DNA of 64,000 nt from Mobula hypostoma. Taxonomy: Eukaryota. Positions 11,261 through 24,107 of the stretch are shown here, in pieces (the stretch's first letter is position 1; each line of letters starts with the position of its first letter). A model generated the notes under the pieces. It was not told the origin of the DNA. It saw only the letters and a list, made by a program, of their open reading frames with translations, and ran no database searches. A program made the position numbers and the translations under genes. Location of the stretch: the NCBI RefSeq assembly GCF_963921235.1, contig NC_086097.1, positions 156,056,001 through 156,120,000 of the forward strand, in the 5' to 3' direction.

Positions 11261-11814
11261 GAAAAAGGCAAAATGGAAAGGGAAAATATAGAGAAGATAT
11301 CCGCATGATACCATAACGGTAGAAATTATGGAATTATGGGAGAACAGATGTAATACATTCTAACATAAGAATCATATTTCATGTACCTGTGTTCAAACAA
11401 TTGATCGTTTCCCTCCATAGATATTGCTGGTACTGCTAAGTCACTCCAGTATTATGTCTAAGCTAAACATGACTTACCTTGATGCCTTTAGGCAGACTGT
11501 TTTTCATTAAAAAAAATAGTCTTTAAAGTTTGTCTAGAGGTCAATCTGCAGACATTAAGTGAGTGCAACCATATCTAATCCTTATGAAATCTTTTCTCAT
11601 TAGTTTTATTAAGTTTATCTTACAAGTTCAGGGATAAGGTTTACTTACATTTGCAAAATATGGCATTGTGAAAGTCAGCACGGGTTTATGCAGGGTAGAT
11701 TTACTCTCATCAATTAGATTGAATTTTATCAGGAAGTGCACATGAATGTCAACATGGACATTAGTAAAATACAAGCCAAGGTCTCTCTTAGTACTTTAGT
11801 GCAGAAGATTAATT

Positions 11815-11995
11815 TTAAATTTAAATTAGAGAGACAGCATGAGGACAGGAACTTCTGGCCAAAAGAGCAAGTACTGCCCAATAACACTCAGGTGACCAAT
11901 TAACCTATTAACCTATATGTTCCTGGAATGTGGAAGGAAATTGGAGCATACAAAGGAAACCCACATGGTCATGGAGAGAACATACCAACAGAGAA
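11815..11995 (-). mobile_element. V-domain SINE (HE1-like) fragment
   Basis: Reverse complement reads gttctctccatgaccatgtgggtttcc...ctccaatttccttccacattcc (V-domain); positional homolog at 46220-46460. Confidence 0.7.
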
Positions 11996-12000
11996 ATAAA

Positions 12001-12745
12001 ATTTCAAAGGTACATTTAATGTCAGAGAAATGTGTTAATATACATCCTGAAATTCTTTTTCTTCGCAAACATCCATGAAAACAGAGGAGTACGCCAAAGA
12101 ATGATTGACAGTTAAATGTTAGAACCTCAAATTCCCCCCCCCAGCTCCCCCTACCCACGTATAAGCAATGACCCCCCCCAACCTCCTCCACCAACAAAAA
12201 AGCATTGACACCTCCCACTGAGCACTCAAGTGTGCAGCAAAGCATCAATAAAGACTCAGACTTGAAGTACCCCAAAGACTACACATTTCACAACGAGAAT
12301 GAGACGTAACAAACAACTTGCTGTTTTACGATGTTAAAAGTCTATTGCATCCCTTCTTCCGAGTTCTCTGCCCAAAGAACTCAAGTCTCTGGGCATACAG
12401 CCAGCAGCCAGTTTGCTGCTTTCGATCTTCTGTCTCCCACGACCCACCAGGTGGAGGCACCGACCTCGAGTCTGCCTGCCTCCAGAGTCACAAAATCCTG
12501 GAACCCTGAAGGCGTGCTTGTCTTCTAGGCTGCGTCCTTGGCATATCGAATAGCAGCCAGTCGTGAGACCCTGAGAGCAGGTCCCATTCCCGCAAAGAAC
12601 CAAAGTCAGCATAACTCCAGTTCAGGGTCTTCAAAAGAACACTGAAAGGGAAAAATAGAGATATTATAGATAAAAATAGAGCTACTTCCAAAGATGCAAG
12701 CAAAGGAGTTGTTGTTAGGCACCATCATTCTGCTAAGCTCCGCTT
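12001..12745 (-). mobile_element. Non-autonomous element family A, second copy
   Basis: Colinear with 3775-4552, including cccattccc.caaagaac, cagggtcttcaaaagaac and gatgcaagcaaagga blocks. Confidence 0.8.
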
Positions 12746-12789
12746 TATTGAACCTGAAATTGCAGCAGTGTACGCCAACCACTATGCAG

Positions 12790-13890
12790 CATTAAAATAC
12801 ATGGGATCCTTGGTAACTCGGTAAGTTGCATACAAAATTGTTTTGGTCATGAGAGATTTGGTAGTGGTGGAGGGGTGTCTTTCAGATTGGAGATCTTTGA
12901 TCAGTAATGTGCCACATGGATTACTGTTGTTAGTGAGATCTATGTGTAAATGATCTCGATGAAAACGTAAGGGGTGTACTGCCCTTGCTGAGGTGTCATA
13001 CATTCAGCTAGACAGTCAGCCAAACTGTTCAAAAATAACATGTGAGTCAGGATATAGTGTCCTTGCTCCTACGGTTTATTGCAGATTTAATGGCATAACA
13101 TAATGAAGAAGGAGTGAAAAAGCAATACTTCTGCTGGGGAAACAACAAGATGACTTGAGATAAAAACTTTGTTCGTCCCTAACAAAGTTCTGGCTGACAG
13201 CCAGCCAATGCGCTTTTATACGTACTAATTCCTGGCTGCACAGGAAGTGACCTATACAGATCTGGAACTGCTCATTAAAATAAAAGCTGAATGTGCTTAA
13301 CATAAATCAATTGCCTGAAAGGCAGGACAGAGGGTTTGATAAGAAATCTTGAAGGTGACACTTTGGTACAGTTGAGCATGGTGGTCAAAGGATATAGCAG
13401 GATATAAACCAGTTGGAAATGTGGACAGAAATATAGCTGATGGAGTTTAATTAAGACAAATATGAGGTATTGCATTTTGTGTCAAATGCAATAGGTTAAA
13501 TATAGAGTAAATGGCATAATTCTTAGGAGCATTGATGTGCAAAATGATCTTGAGGAGCATGACCATTGCATTTGAAACTGGGACAAGCGTGGTAAGGAAG
13601 GTGTACCGCACACTTGCCTTTATCGGTTTGAGGATTGGTTGTAAAAGTCGGGAAGCCAATTGCAGCTGAGTAAGCAAGCCACATTTGGTGGTCTAGACCA
13701 CAAATTGGAATATACCACAGTTTTGATTAGGTCAGAAGCCTGCAGTTCTGATTGCCACATAAGAAAGTTGTGGAGGCTTTGAAAAGGATAGAAAACTGGT
13801 TTACCAAATGTTGGTGGGATGGGATTGTGTTTACCAGCAAACTTGGATTGTTTTGCTTGGAGCATAGGAGACTGAGAGAGAACCTGCTCT
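12790..13890 (+). mobile_element. Old CR1 RT and C-terminal fragment, interrupted by the solo LTR
   Basis: Degenerate SNVPHG, NDLDEN and RPQIGI-like CR1 coding sequence; homologs at 25670-27130 and 46470-46860. Confidence 0.75.
12975..13329 (-). mobile_element. Solo LTR, 355 bp
   Basis: TGTACTGCC...GGCAGGACA inverted termini; 4-bp flanks GGGG/GAGG; TATAAAA and AATAAA on the minus strand; empty site in copies B (25765) and C (46620). Confidence 0.85.
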
Positions 13891-14879
13891 GTCAGTTTCA
13901 GTTGCCTGGAATAACCAGCAGGGGGAGTTGTGGAAACAGATGCAAGAGATTCATCTGGACAGGCACATGACAGGCAGAAAGTACTGGGAGTTGGGGAGAG
14001 GTGCAAAATGATTATATGTTTGAATGAAAATGGTCTGACTCACCTTCCTGATCCGTAGATACAATATGGATATGATGAACTGTGTCATTTGCGTGACCAA
14101 ACAACATACCCAAGGATGTGCGGGGAATTGCCCACAAGTGTTGCCATGAATTTCGGCACTAACGTAACGTGCCTTCCATGTGCTCGGCAGAACAACACAT
14201 GACACAACAAAACAGAACTCACCTAGTGACAAAGCAACAAAAGCAAAATAACCCCCTTTCCTCTCTCCAACTCACCCACACATAAAGTCCTTCAACTCCA
14301 GGATAAATCATTTTATCCTGTCCTCTAACCACCAGCAATTCACATATATTGGGCCTTTAACTTCCCAGGGACTCACAAAGATTTGTAGACTGAGGCCTGT
14401 AGTCATTGCACTTCATTTTCTGGAGGTCTGATTGCCATTTGGGCTTCAATCTGGAATTCCAGTTGACCCCTCCACAACCCCATTCCAAGCTTTGCACCTT
14501 GGCATCAATGCAGGACTTACTGATAATAATGAACGAGTACCTAAAATTCAGACCTAGAACTTTGCATATGCAGAATATAACTCTGGTCTCGAGATTTGTT
14601 TACACACAACATCATTGGTCCTTGATCCTGCTACTGAGTGGAACTAAGATCCCAGAACATGCCAGACAACTCCAGCCCTTGTTCTTGTAGGTCTGCGGAC
14701 TTGATTAGCTGACACATCCATGTCACTAATCATTGAACTTACAGCAAAGGCTTAGAATCTGGAATGATCCCAAACTCTCCCACATCCCTCCCCCAAAACT
14801 CTAAATGGATACCCAACTCTTCTCTTTGTGTTCAAAACTATCCCTATGAACCTAAAAAAAATGTAAAAGACAATGAATT

Positions 14880-16005
14880 CTGAGCTGTGGCCTCAGCGAA
14901 GCCCAAAACTTGATGTCATCTGTAATCCATCTTACAAAATTACTTATTCATTTCCTTTCAGTCATTCCATGAACTACTATGTTGGGTCTGAAGCCAAAGT
15001 GGTGTTCATCAAGGTGCGTACGATATCACCTTATAAGGAGAATATCCTGACGCTCTCTTGATCGTATCACTGGTATTGGTGAGTTTGATCAATACACGAG
15101 GAATTTCTGTTCCTTTATATTATTCACATGTCATATCTAGACAAAAAGAGTAAGAGTGATTCAAAAGCATCCCGTGTTTTTGGTAATAAACACTCTCATT
15201 GTTGTCTTTCTTCATAAATAGAATGTTCATCTTTGGTGATGATGCAACATCTCTTCAGTGATAACCCATTTATCCCATCTGTCCCATTTATTGTCCACCA
15301 TTTATTCAAGCATTCATTCTACCATTTGTTCAAGCAGTCAACACCGCACAAGATATTTTTAAAGCTTACTCGCTTCCCTGTCAAATCTAATGGAGATGCT
15401 TCAGCAGAGCTGTCGATAAATGCTAGATACATTTTTACCTTTGGGGTGCTCATTTATGACCAAGATTTTATTTGCAATTTCCTAAAGAATGTGCTTCAGT
15501 TTACTAAAGAAATATTACAAGACCATAAGACATAAAATCAGAATTAGGCCATGGAGCTTATCAAGTTTGCTCCAGCATTCGATGACATCTGATTTATTGT
15601 CCAACTCAACTCTATTCTCCAACCTTCTCCCTGTAACCTTTGGCACCCTTACTAATCAAAAACCTAACAACCTCTACTTTAAATATACCCAATGACATTG
15701 ACTGCACAGCCCTTTATGGCAAAGAATCCCACAGCTCACTACACTTTGGCTAAAGAAATTCCTCTTCATCTCAGTCCTAAAGAAGCATCCTTCTGTTCTG
15801 AGGCTACGCCCTCTGGTCCTCGATGCTCCACCATTAGAAACACCCTCTCGATTTCCACTCAACCAATCTACCCTTTTCAATGCTAGAAATACTTTTGTCA
15901 GGTAGTTGGAGGAATATGGGAATCCACTGATATGAAAAGGCAAATTTCTTCTCCTTATGGCAAAGTAGGCTTAGAGGAGGTTGATAACCATATACAGGAT
16001 TCCAC
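14880..16005 (-). pseudogene. Ancient L1/Tx1 ORF2 C-terminal remnant, interrupted by a CR1 tail at 15518-15885
   Basis: Minus frame EIANKILVINEHPKGKNVSSIYRQL resembles the L1 PxKGxISxxY region; many stops. Confidence 0.35.
15518..15885 (-). mobile_element. CR1 3' end with (AAGACCAT)n tail
   Basis: ORF 15674..15943 contains SRTRGRSLRTEGCFFRTEMKRNFFSQSVV. Confidence 0.85.
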
Positions 16006-16131
16006 GAGTTTAGAGTGTTGCTTAAATAAGTTGTCTGTCATTCAGAAGTCAATTAAATGCTTATTAATTTTGACATCAATTTTGAGCTTGTTTGATTTTC
16101 TCCTGGTTATATAAATAAGAGTCATTTCCAG

Positions 16132-16990
16132 TGTTACGAGAATACACATAAAGTTAAGATGTTTGCTGGCCTGGGCTAGCATCAGTGGCATCAGCAGTTG
16201 GTCTGCCACCTGCCCTCAGGGGAAGGAGAGATAAGGAACAATGGAGCAGCGTCTGGAGATGTGTAATGAAGGGATGTGGGAGAGAGCGCTGTCTGGAGCG
16301 GCTCCCCCCTTTGAACCCTGAACTGTTTGAAGTGATGGACAGGTGATACCCCAGCAGGGGGATAAAAAGGGACAGGTTCGCTAAGACAGACACACACGCC
16401 ACCCGAGGTAACGAGACCCTGGAAGCGGTGCGCCTCTCACGAGTGGGTGAGAAGAATCGGACAACGGCCAGGGTGGAAAGGTACGATCAGCGGGAACCCG
16501 GTGTGTGTCCGCCCTTGCCTGGGTGCCGGGTTCACTGCAGAGGATCGACCGCATCTGGAGGAGGGGTCACAGTCGGTGACCTCAGGTGACATCACCAAGG
16601 ACCCGCCCAAATGCTGTTTGTGAGCCAACTCGCTGGTCTGTGAGTGAAGCCGTTCTGAATGGTCAGTTGTTCCTATTCTATGTCTCTCTTCCCCCACCTT
16701 GTCCATCGCCATGGCAACGATTACTGCGAACTGAACTACTAACTGGACTGAACTTTGAGTCATTTTGAAATTGGTCATTTACCCCTAGACAACGATAGAG
16801 CTTGATTGATGCTGTTATCTTAATTCTGTGCACATGTGTGTTTATCATCACTGAACTGTTGCATTTATTATCCTTTCGATTACTGTGTTGCTTGTTTCTT
16901 TAATAAAACTTTCTTAGTTCTAGTACTCCAGACTCCAACTGAGTGATCCATTTCTGCTGGTTTGGCAACCCAGTTACGGGGTACGTAACA
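16132..16990 (+). mobile_element. Solo LTR (Gypsy-type), 859 bp
   Basis: TGTTACG...CGTAACA perfect termini; exact 4-bp TSD CCAG (16128-16131, 16991-16994); GATAAAA near 16361 and AATAAA near 16902; empty site in copy B near 29145. Confidence 0.93.
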
Positions 16991-16994
16991 CCAG

Positions 16995-17420
16995 TAACAG
17001 AAAGATTGCAAGAGAATACACAATTGTGTTCTGTAGGTGAAAAAGGAAGTGTTAGTATTCTGGAGAATTGAGAGATAGTGAGAATTTGGCTAACTAATGA
17101 TAATCACTAGTGTGTATATATTCCGATCAATCAAAAGAGTGAAAGAAGCAACCAGGATCTAAAGAGAGTAGGGATGCAAGATGAGAGAGGCATCTTGTTC
17201 TGAAGATGAAACTATCAGCAGTAATAAGAGCAAACAATCAGAGCAATGGAGCATAAAGAGATAATGCAGAGCATGGCTAGCTTTCATGTGATATGCTCAT
17301 ATTGCTCACTTTCTGTAACTGGAACGTCTTGGGTTTGGTGATCATTTATCACAGCAGATCACTCACCCATAATAAATCAGGTCTAATTTACACTGCTGAT
17401 GGTTTCTCTAGTGGATTAGT
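16995..17420 (+). pseudogene. Ancient L1/Tx1 RT core remnant (triplicated)
   Basis: Frame from 17158 gives SRDAR*..LVLKMKLSAVIRANNQSNGA*RDNAEHG*LSCDMLILL, matching the spacing of the L1 RGTRQG..EPLAxxIRxxxxIxGI..EHKxSLYADD motif; homologs at 29150-29570 and 50950-51365. Confidence 0.6.
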
Positions 17421-18522
17421 GTTCCATCTGCCACTTCCTAGCCCATTCTACTAATCTTTCCCAGTCCTTCTGTAGACTCCCTAATTCCTCAAAATTACAT
17501 TGCCTTCCACCTAATTTTCTGTAATCCAGAAACTGGTTACAAAGTCAACAATTCCATTGTCCAGACTATTATCATAGACAGTGAAAAGTAACTGACTCAA
17601 TGCCGACCCCTTGCGGAACACCACAAGTAACCGACAGCCAACCAGAAAAAGTCCCCATTATTCTTACTCTTCAACTTCTGCTGTTTAGTCAATCTTCTGT
17701 TGATGCTGGTATCATTTCTGTAACACCATGGGCTCTTACCTTGTTTGGCAGCCTCAGGAGTAGAAACATGTAAAAGGCTTTTTGCAAATCCAAGTAAACA
17801 ACATCAACTGACTCTCCTATGTCTATCCTTCCTGAGAACATAGAACATAGAACGGTACAGATTGTTTGATCATTATGTCTGCCAACACTTGAACCTACTT
17901 TATTATCAATAAAGTAAACACTTCACTGCCACATAGCCCACTATCTTTATTTCATCCATGTGCCAATCTAAGAGTTTGTCAGATGTCCCTATATATCTGC
18001 TTCTACCACTACTCTTGACAATGCATTTGATGCACTTTCCACTCTGTGTAAAAAATTTGCCTCTGGCATCGTCCCTATACTTTCTTCCAATCAGCTTCAG
18101 ATGATATCTCCTCATAGAAACATAGAAAACCTACAGCACAATACAGGCCCTTCAGCCCACAATGCTGTGCCCAACATGTACTTACTTTAGAAATTACCTA
18201 GGATTACCCATAGCCCTCTATTTTTCTAAGCTTCATGTACCTATCCAGGAGTCTCTTAAAAGACCCCATTGTATCCTCATATTAGCCATTGCTAGTTTGG
18301 GTAAATGGTGCTGGCTATTCACTCTATCTATGACTCTTATAATTTAACATACCTACATCAAATAACCTATCCTCCTTGACTCACAAGAGGAAAGACCTAG
18401 TTCACTGAACATTTCCACACAAATCTTGCCCTCTAATCCAGGTAGCATCCAGGTAAATCTCTTCCGTACCCTCTCTAAAGCTTCCACATTATTCCTATAA
18501 TGAAGTGACCAGAACTGAACAA
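17420..18522 (-). mobile_element. CR1 fragments (RT piece and 3' end) with a nested HER1-type tail at 18113-18275
   Basis: Minus-strand GVPQG and LDLQKAF-like sequence; 18113-18270 is near-identical to 1123-1275. Confidence 0.8.
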
Positions 18523-18524
18523 CT

Positions 18525-18865
18525 GACCTCCCCCTTCTTCAGTTTATCTCTTCTCCACTTCTTTTCACCTGCCTATTACTCCCCCGCTCCCCATCCCAGG
18601 TACCATCCTCCATCCCTTTCTCCTATGGTCCACTCTCCTCTCCAATCAGATTCCTTCTTCTCCAGCCCTTGATGTTTCCTGCCCACCTGTCTTCAACTAT
18701 TACCTTCCAGCTGGCCTCCTTCCTCTCCCCTTATCATTTTATTTTCGTACCTTCCCCACCTTTCTCAGTCCCATAGAAGCGTCACAGCACAAATCATTGA
18801 TTATCTGTTCATTTCCATAGCTGCTGCCAGACCTACTGAGTTCTGGTATGTTGGGTGTGTTGCAC
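18525..18865 (+). mobile_element. Penelope 3' UTR/pseudo-LTR fragment with decayed hammerhead
   Basis: Pyrimidine-rich tract, then ctcagtcccatagaag...ccatagctgctgccagacctactgagttc, similar to 24108-24361. Confidence 0.65.
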
Positions 18866-18884
18866 TAAATATAGTTACCCTATC

Positions 18885-19450
18885 CAGTATATAGAATTTG
18901 CAGGATATCCTCTTGGTTGTTGTGGTCTGGTAATACTAAATATCATACAGATCTGCTCATAATTATAGAGGTAAACTAGGTTGTTAATGAAGAGTAATTT
19001 AAACTTCATGTATTATCCATGATACACAGACACAAGGTTTCTGCAGCTGATACTTCATGCTGAAACACTGGCAGTATCATTCATGTTAATGAACATAATA
19101 TCCCTTGTCATTATCATGGAATTTTCTTCAGTCGGACTAATACAGCAGGTCTTGTGACTCTTCTGGGACCAATTTAATGAAAAACAAATTGACGTGAAAT
19201 GTGATGCAAAAGGTATCACTTTATAATCACAAACACTGCAATCATAGGAATGCGTTCAAACAAAAAGTAATCAATCGCTGTATTAAACATCTATATATCA
19301 GGTACCTGTAAATGTGAGGGTGGGTTTTCTTCTTCTCCCATTGTGTTCTTTAGCAATCAACAATATTTCAATAGGATTTCATCTGTTCTAAATTATAACT
19401 CCTGTCTTCTGAAACTTCAAATTACTCCTAGGTAAATCGAAATTCAGTTA
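18885..19450 (-). pseudogene. Ancient L1/Tx1 ORF2 post-RT remnant
   Basis: Minus frames give YLGVI, WE..KPTLTFTG and YFLFERIPM, resembling L1 YLGV..W..L.LS..GR..LYLFQ.IP. Confidence 0.5.
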
Positions 19451-19867
19451 TATGCATTGCCCTGATTGATCCATAGTCCAGATGAAGGGTTGAAGACCAG
19501 AACATCGATGGTTTATTTCACTCCATATATGTTTCTTATCCTACTGGGATCCTCCATTCTCTTGTGTGTGTTAGTTAACACCTCCACCATCTGTAGAATA
19601 TCTTGTGACCATCAAAACCTGAAGGAATCATCACAAGCTCCCACAGCCCCCAATGATGTTGTGATTGCAGCCTCTGAGGCTAACGTGCAAATGTCCTTCA
19701 GGAGGAAGAACCCATGAAAAGCATCCAGCCCAGATTGGGTACCTGGTCAAGTACTAAAGACTTTTGCTGATCAACGGAATGAAGTGTTCAGTGAGATCTT
19801 TAACTTCTCGCTTTGGCAGACTGGGGTACCCACCTGCTTCAAGCACGCTTCAATTATAGCAGTTTCT

Positions 19868-20532
19868 GGTGGGAGGAGAAGATGGTGGCGTGACGCAGCT
19901 CCCAGCAGCCACTCCAGTGGTGATATCTGTTATCTGTCAAGTAGGGTGCCATGCACAACCCTGATTTGATGGAGACGGATGTGAGAATACAGAGGAACAT
20001 CTGGTGAAACTTCTGAAATGCCTGCTTTGCTGCCGCTGCTACTGTGTGATCCAGAATCTCTGGAGAGGAAGGCCCGAGTCCTCAGCTTTGCTTGTTGTTC
20101 AGCGGCCGAGACAGGGTCGAAGCGCTCGGCAGAGGATGATGCTCGGTACTTGGTGTCGGAGGCTCGAAGTTTTCAGACGGACTCAGATTCAGCTGCGGTT
20201 GGGTGCTTCCAATGCACCCACAAGTTTGTGGCGCTTGGAGGTTCATAGCAGGGAGAGTTTCTCCCTTCTACCGTCTGCATGAGATGATGGAGCTATTGGG
20301 ACTTGAGACTTTTTTTACCGTGCCCATGGTCTGCTCTTTATCAAATTATGGTATTGCTTTGCACTGTTGTAACTATATGTTATAATTATGTGTTTTGTCA
20401 GTTTTAGTCTTGGTTTGTCCTGTGTTTCTGTGATATCTTTCTGGAGGAACATTATCATTTTTTAATGCATGCATTTCTAAATGACAATAAACGAAGACTG
20501 AGTATCCTCATAATCTAAAAAAAGTCTAATCT
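19868..20532 (+). mobile_element. Non-autonomous element family B, apparently full length
   Basis: Starts ggtgggaggagaagatggtggcg and ends ctcataatctaaaaaaagtctaatct; interrupts the Rex1 IIxV/KNVVTxLND motif; homolog at 10505-11048. Confidence 0.82.
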
Positions 20533-21847
20533 AAGAACGTGGTAACCCACCTCAATGACTATCATCAGGAGCACTTACATCCACACTGATGAAGAGTTTT
20601 GAGAGAATGGTGATGAAATATATCAACTAAGAAGTGACATAGATCTGCTTCAATATCCCCAGAGCAATAGGTCCACTGCAGATGCCATCTCTTTGGGTCT
20701 TCACTCAACCCTGGAACATCTGGACAGTAAAGATGCATACATCAGAATGTTCTTTATTGACTACAGCTCAGCATTCAATACCATCATCATGTCAAAGCTA
20801 ACCAAGAAGCTTCAGCAATTTGGCCTCAATACCTCCTTGTGCAATTGGATCCTCAATTTCATCACTTGCAGACCCTAGTCAATCGGATTGGCAATAACAA
20901 CTCCTCCACAATCTCCATCTGCACAGGTTCACTACAGGCTTAATACCCTGCTCTACTTGTTATGATTGTGCAGCTAAACACAGTTCCAATGCATTTTCAA
21001 GTTTGCTGTTGTCATTACTGTTGTTGGCCAAATTAAAGTAGTGACAAATCAGCAGATAGGAGGAAGACTAAACATCTGGCAGAGTGCTGTTGCAAGAATA
21101 ACCTCTTACTTAAAGTTAGCAAACCCAGGAACTGTTTGTTGACCTTAGGAGGAGGAAACCCAAGGTCCATGAACCAGTCCTCATGGGGGGCTCAGAGAGG
21201 GAGAGTGTCAGCAACTTTAAATTCCTCAGTGTTATCACTGTCATGGGGGGGGGGGCATTGATGGCGGACCCAAATGCAAGACACAGGCACACAGGCACTG
21301 AAGTACTAAGAACAGGACAGGACTAGAGACTAGAGTTAGGGACGTGACTGGATGCAGACTGGGAGCTGGGGCAAGAAAACCAACCTGGGCTAGGACTTGA
21401 CTAGGAAAGTGGGAAAAGGATGAGGAACAAAGAACTAGGAGCCTGGACAAGGACTCCGAGCCAGAGACTGGACAAGGACCCGAAACCTGGGTCTTGATTC
21501 GGGCTTAGAGCCCGGATCTAGGCGAAGATATGATAAGGCTTGGGTTCCTTGAGGCGTGAGGGTACTTCGAGGCTTGGGTTCGGGCTCTGAGCCAGAGACT
21601 GGGCAGGGTCCCAGAACCTGGGACTTGACTCGGGCTCGGACTCCAGAACTGGGCGAGGACAAGACGTGGCTACAGGACTGGACGTGAGACTCCTGGACAG
21701 GACAAGGGAACCCCAGCACCGGGCTGGTAAGGTACTCCAGGGTTGGGCGAGATACATGGACAAGACGAGAACACAAATCCACGGCTTGGACAGGACAAGG
21801 TTCTTGGATTGTGGCTAGGACTGGACAAGACCCTGAAGCCTTGACTT

Positions 21848-22020
21848 GGTCGAGGGAGAGACGGGAATCCAGAGCTTTGGTCGAGGGAGAGACGGGAACG
21901 CAGAGCCTCGGTCGAGGGAGAGATGGGAGTGCAGAGCCTCGGTCGAGGAAGAGATGGGAGCGCAGTGCCTTGGTCGAGGGAGAGACGGGAGCGCAGAGCC
22001 TCGGTCGAGGGAGAGACAGG
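21848..22020. repeat. 31-bp minisatellite, ~5.6 copies, inside the LTR
   Basis: Unit GGTCGAGGGAGAGACGGGAGCGCAGAGCCTC starts at 21848, 21879, 21910, 21941, 21972 and 22003. Confidence 0.95.
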
Positions 22021-23150
22021 AACATGGAACACAGAGCCAGGAACCCTCTTTGGAAACAGGATGTAGGGCCAGGACTCATACACAGAACACAGAGCTGGGA
22101 CTCCTCCTTGGGTACAGGACATAGAGCCAGGACTCATTACACAGAATGCAAAATACAACAAGACAGTTCCTAATACAAGGCAGCAGCAGACAGCTGGACC
22201 TACCTAGCAAAGACATGGACACAGACAATTCTCAACACTAGGTAGCGGCAAACGGCCAGACCTACCTAGCAAAGGCAAGGACACAAAGACAAATCGCAAC
22301 ACTAGGTAGCAGCAAACAGCCAGACCTACCTAGTGAAGGTGTGGACACAGAGACAGTTGAAAACAATGATAGACAGTTCCTTATCTTGCTCCAGCAATTG
22401 AACCAGACAGCGGGTGCAGACAAGGCTTCAGGCGAGGCGAGGCAAGACAAGGCAAGGCTTCAGGTGAGGCGAGGCTTCAGACACTGGTTGCAGGTCAAGG
22501 CTTCAGGAGGTAGGAGCAGAGAAGGGATACAAACAGGGAGTTTGGATAGGAACAATCCAGCAACCAGAGGCATCTTCTTCTTCTTCTTCTTCTTTTTTGT
22601 TTAATGGCGGTTGGCAACTAGTTTTCAGTGCATTACTGCCACCTGCTAGACTTGTGGTGTTTCAACCAACTATGTCCTGGAGTTCTCTACTTTAGACAAT
22701 CTAGTTCAGCCTGCAGTTCTCTATTAGCATCACTCTGTAGTTGCAATTCCTCGTGAATGCTTAATGCGCTCATTAGATAATGCCACAAACTGCTATTCTT
22801 CCCTAATTATGTCACATGTTTTCGCATTACCTCAATTACACTGATTTCATCTACATCACTTGTAAGACTAAAATCATCTTGTTAAAGAATAGTAATTATC
22901 ACACGCTATACTTTTAAACTTGTTTTTCCAAGTCTATCTGCTTTTTCAGGTTTTCCTTTTCTTGGATCGTAGCCTGCAGTTGTTTACTGAGACCTCGGAA
23001 TTCTTCTTCATTCGCTTCTATGTTTTCATTTTATAATATGAATGTAGATAATTCACTTTGCAACAAATTCTTTTTCCTTTTGTATCCTTGTAATAATTTC
23101 CTCCATTTTCCAATCTCTTTCCAACTCACTGTTGTTCTTGTCGGGTACTT

Positions 23151-24104
23151 CTATTTGTTGTTGGAGTTCTGCACATTTACCCTGGGCTTCAACCATAAAA
23201 TCTGAGGATTTTCCTTAAGTTCTGAAACATTTCTTAAATTCTTGACCATTTGCGATAAATATACTGCCATTAAGATTCCATCTCCCCTGCCCTGTGAACT
23301 GTTGGATCCTCCATTCAGCATTTCTTTGACTTCTTCCCACCTAATTCCTTTAATACCAAGATACTTTTCTGCAGGCTTGATGATAATTTTAATTTTCTCA
23401 GTTCTTTTGTTTGTTTGCGCTGAACAATTAATTGCATCCACCATAAAAAGCATGAACTCCTTTCTACTCATTAATAGTGTATCCTTATTTTTCATACTAC
23501 AGCTCTTACAATTCACCAGTTTATTATTCCCTGTATTTGTTTGCTTGACAGCCTTTTTTTCATCAACTTCTTTCACTGCCTCTGCATAACTGATTCCTTG
23601 AGTTACTTTTACATATTGTATCTCAGCCGCCTTCTTACTATAAATGCACCCTTGATAAGCTGCGCTGTGCTCCTCGCCACAATTGCAGGATTTCAGCCTA
23701 GCGCCTGCCTCACAGTTCCCATATTCAGGTTCTCTAGTGCATCTTCCACATCTTTGTTTCCCTCTGCAGACTGCCGCAATGTGCCCGAATTTCTGACATT
23801 TATAGCATCTTAAAGGAGGTGGTATATATATTCTAAGCGCACAACACATATACCTTAAGTAAATGTTAGTCGGCAATCTCTCTTCATCAAAGTTAATCAT
23901 TACCGATAAACTATCACACTTTTTCCCGTTTCTTGTAACTTTCAAACGTTTGGCCTCAATAATTTTTGCTCCTTTTATGTTCTGTTTAATCTCATCCATA
24001 GCAACTTTTGTTGATATCCCCAAAATAACTCCTCTAGTCCACTTTCTATTTTTGGGTATTGAGCATTGTTCTTCTTTGCCGTCTATTTTACATAATCTGA
24101 TCAC
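23151..24104 (-). pseudogene. Nimb/I ORF1 (gag-like, three zinc knuckles) fused to the ORF2 start
   Basis: RGVILGI..AKRL..PPPLRCYKCQKFGHIAAVC..CGRC..CNCGEEHSAAYQGC; the N-terminal part (ATG near 24743) is cut off by the Penelope insert. Confidence 0.85.
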
Positions 24105-24107
24105 TTT

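Larger units (their letters stand above)
11400..17420 (+). repeat. Segmental duplication copy A
   Basis: Anchors shared in the same order with copies B and C: catgacttaccttgatg (11468, 45834), gttgttagtgaga..atgatct (12926, 25722, 46578), gaagatgaaactatcagcagtaata (17202, 29345, 51150). Confidence 0.85.

Noticed and set aside
21848..22020. Regular 31-bp repeats resembling a CRISPR array
   Set aside because: Head-to-tail units with no unique spacers, no cas genes, and a eukaryotic LTR context.
21435..22173. Overlapping 120-214 aa ORFs on both strands
   Set aside because: Artefacts of GC-rich tandem repeats inside the LTR.
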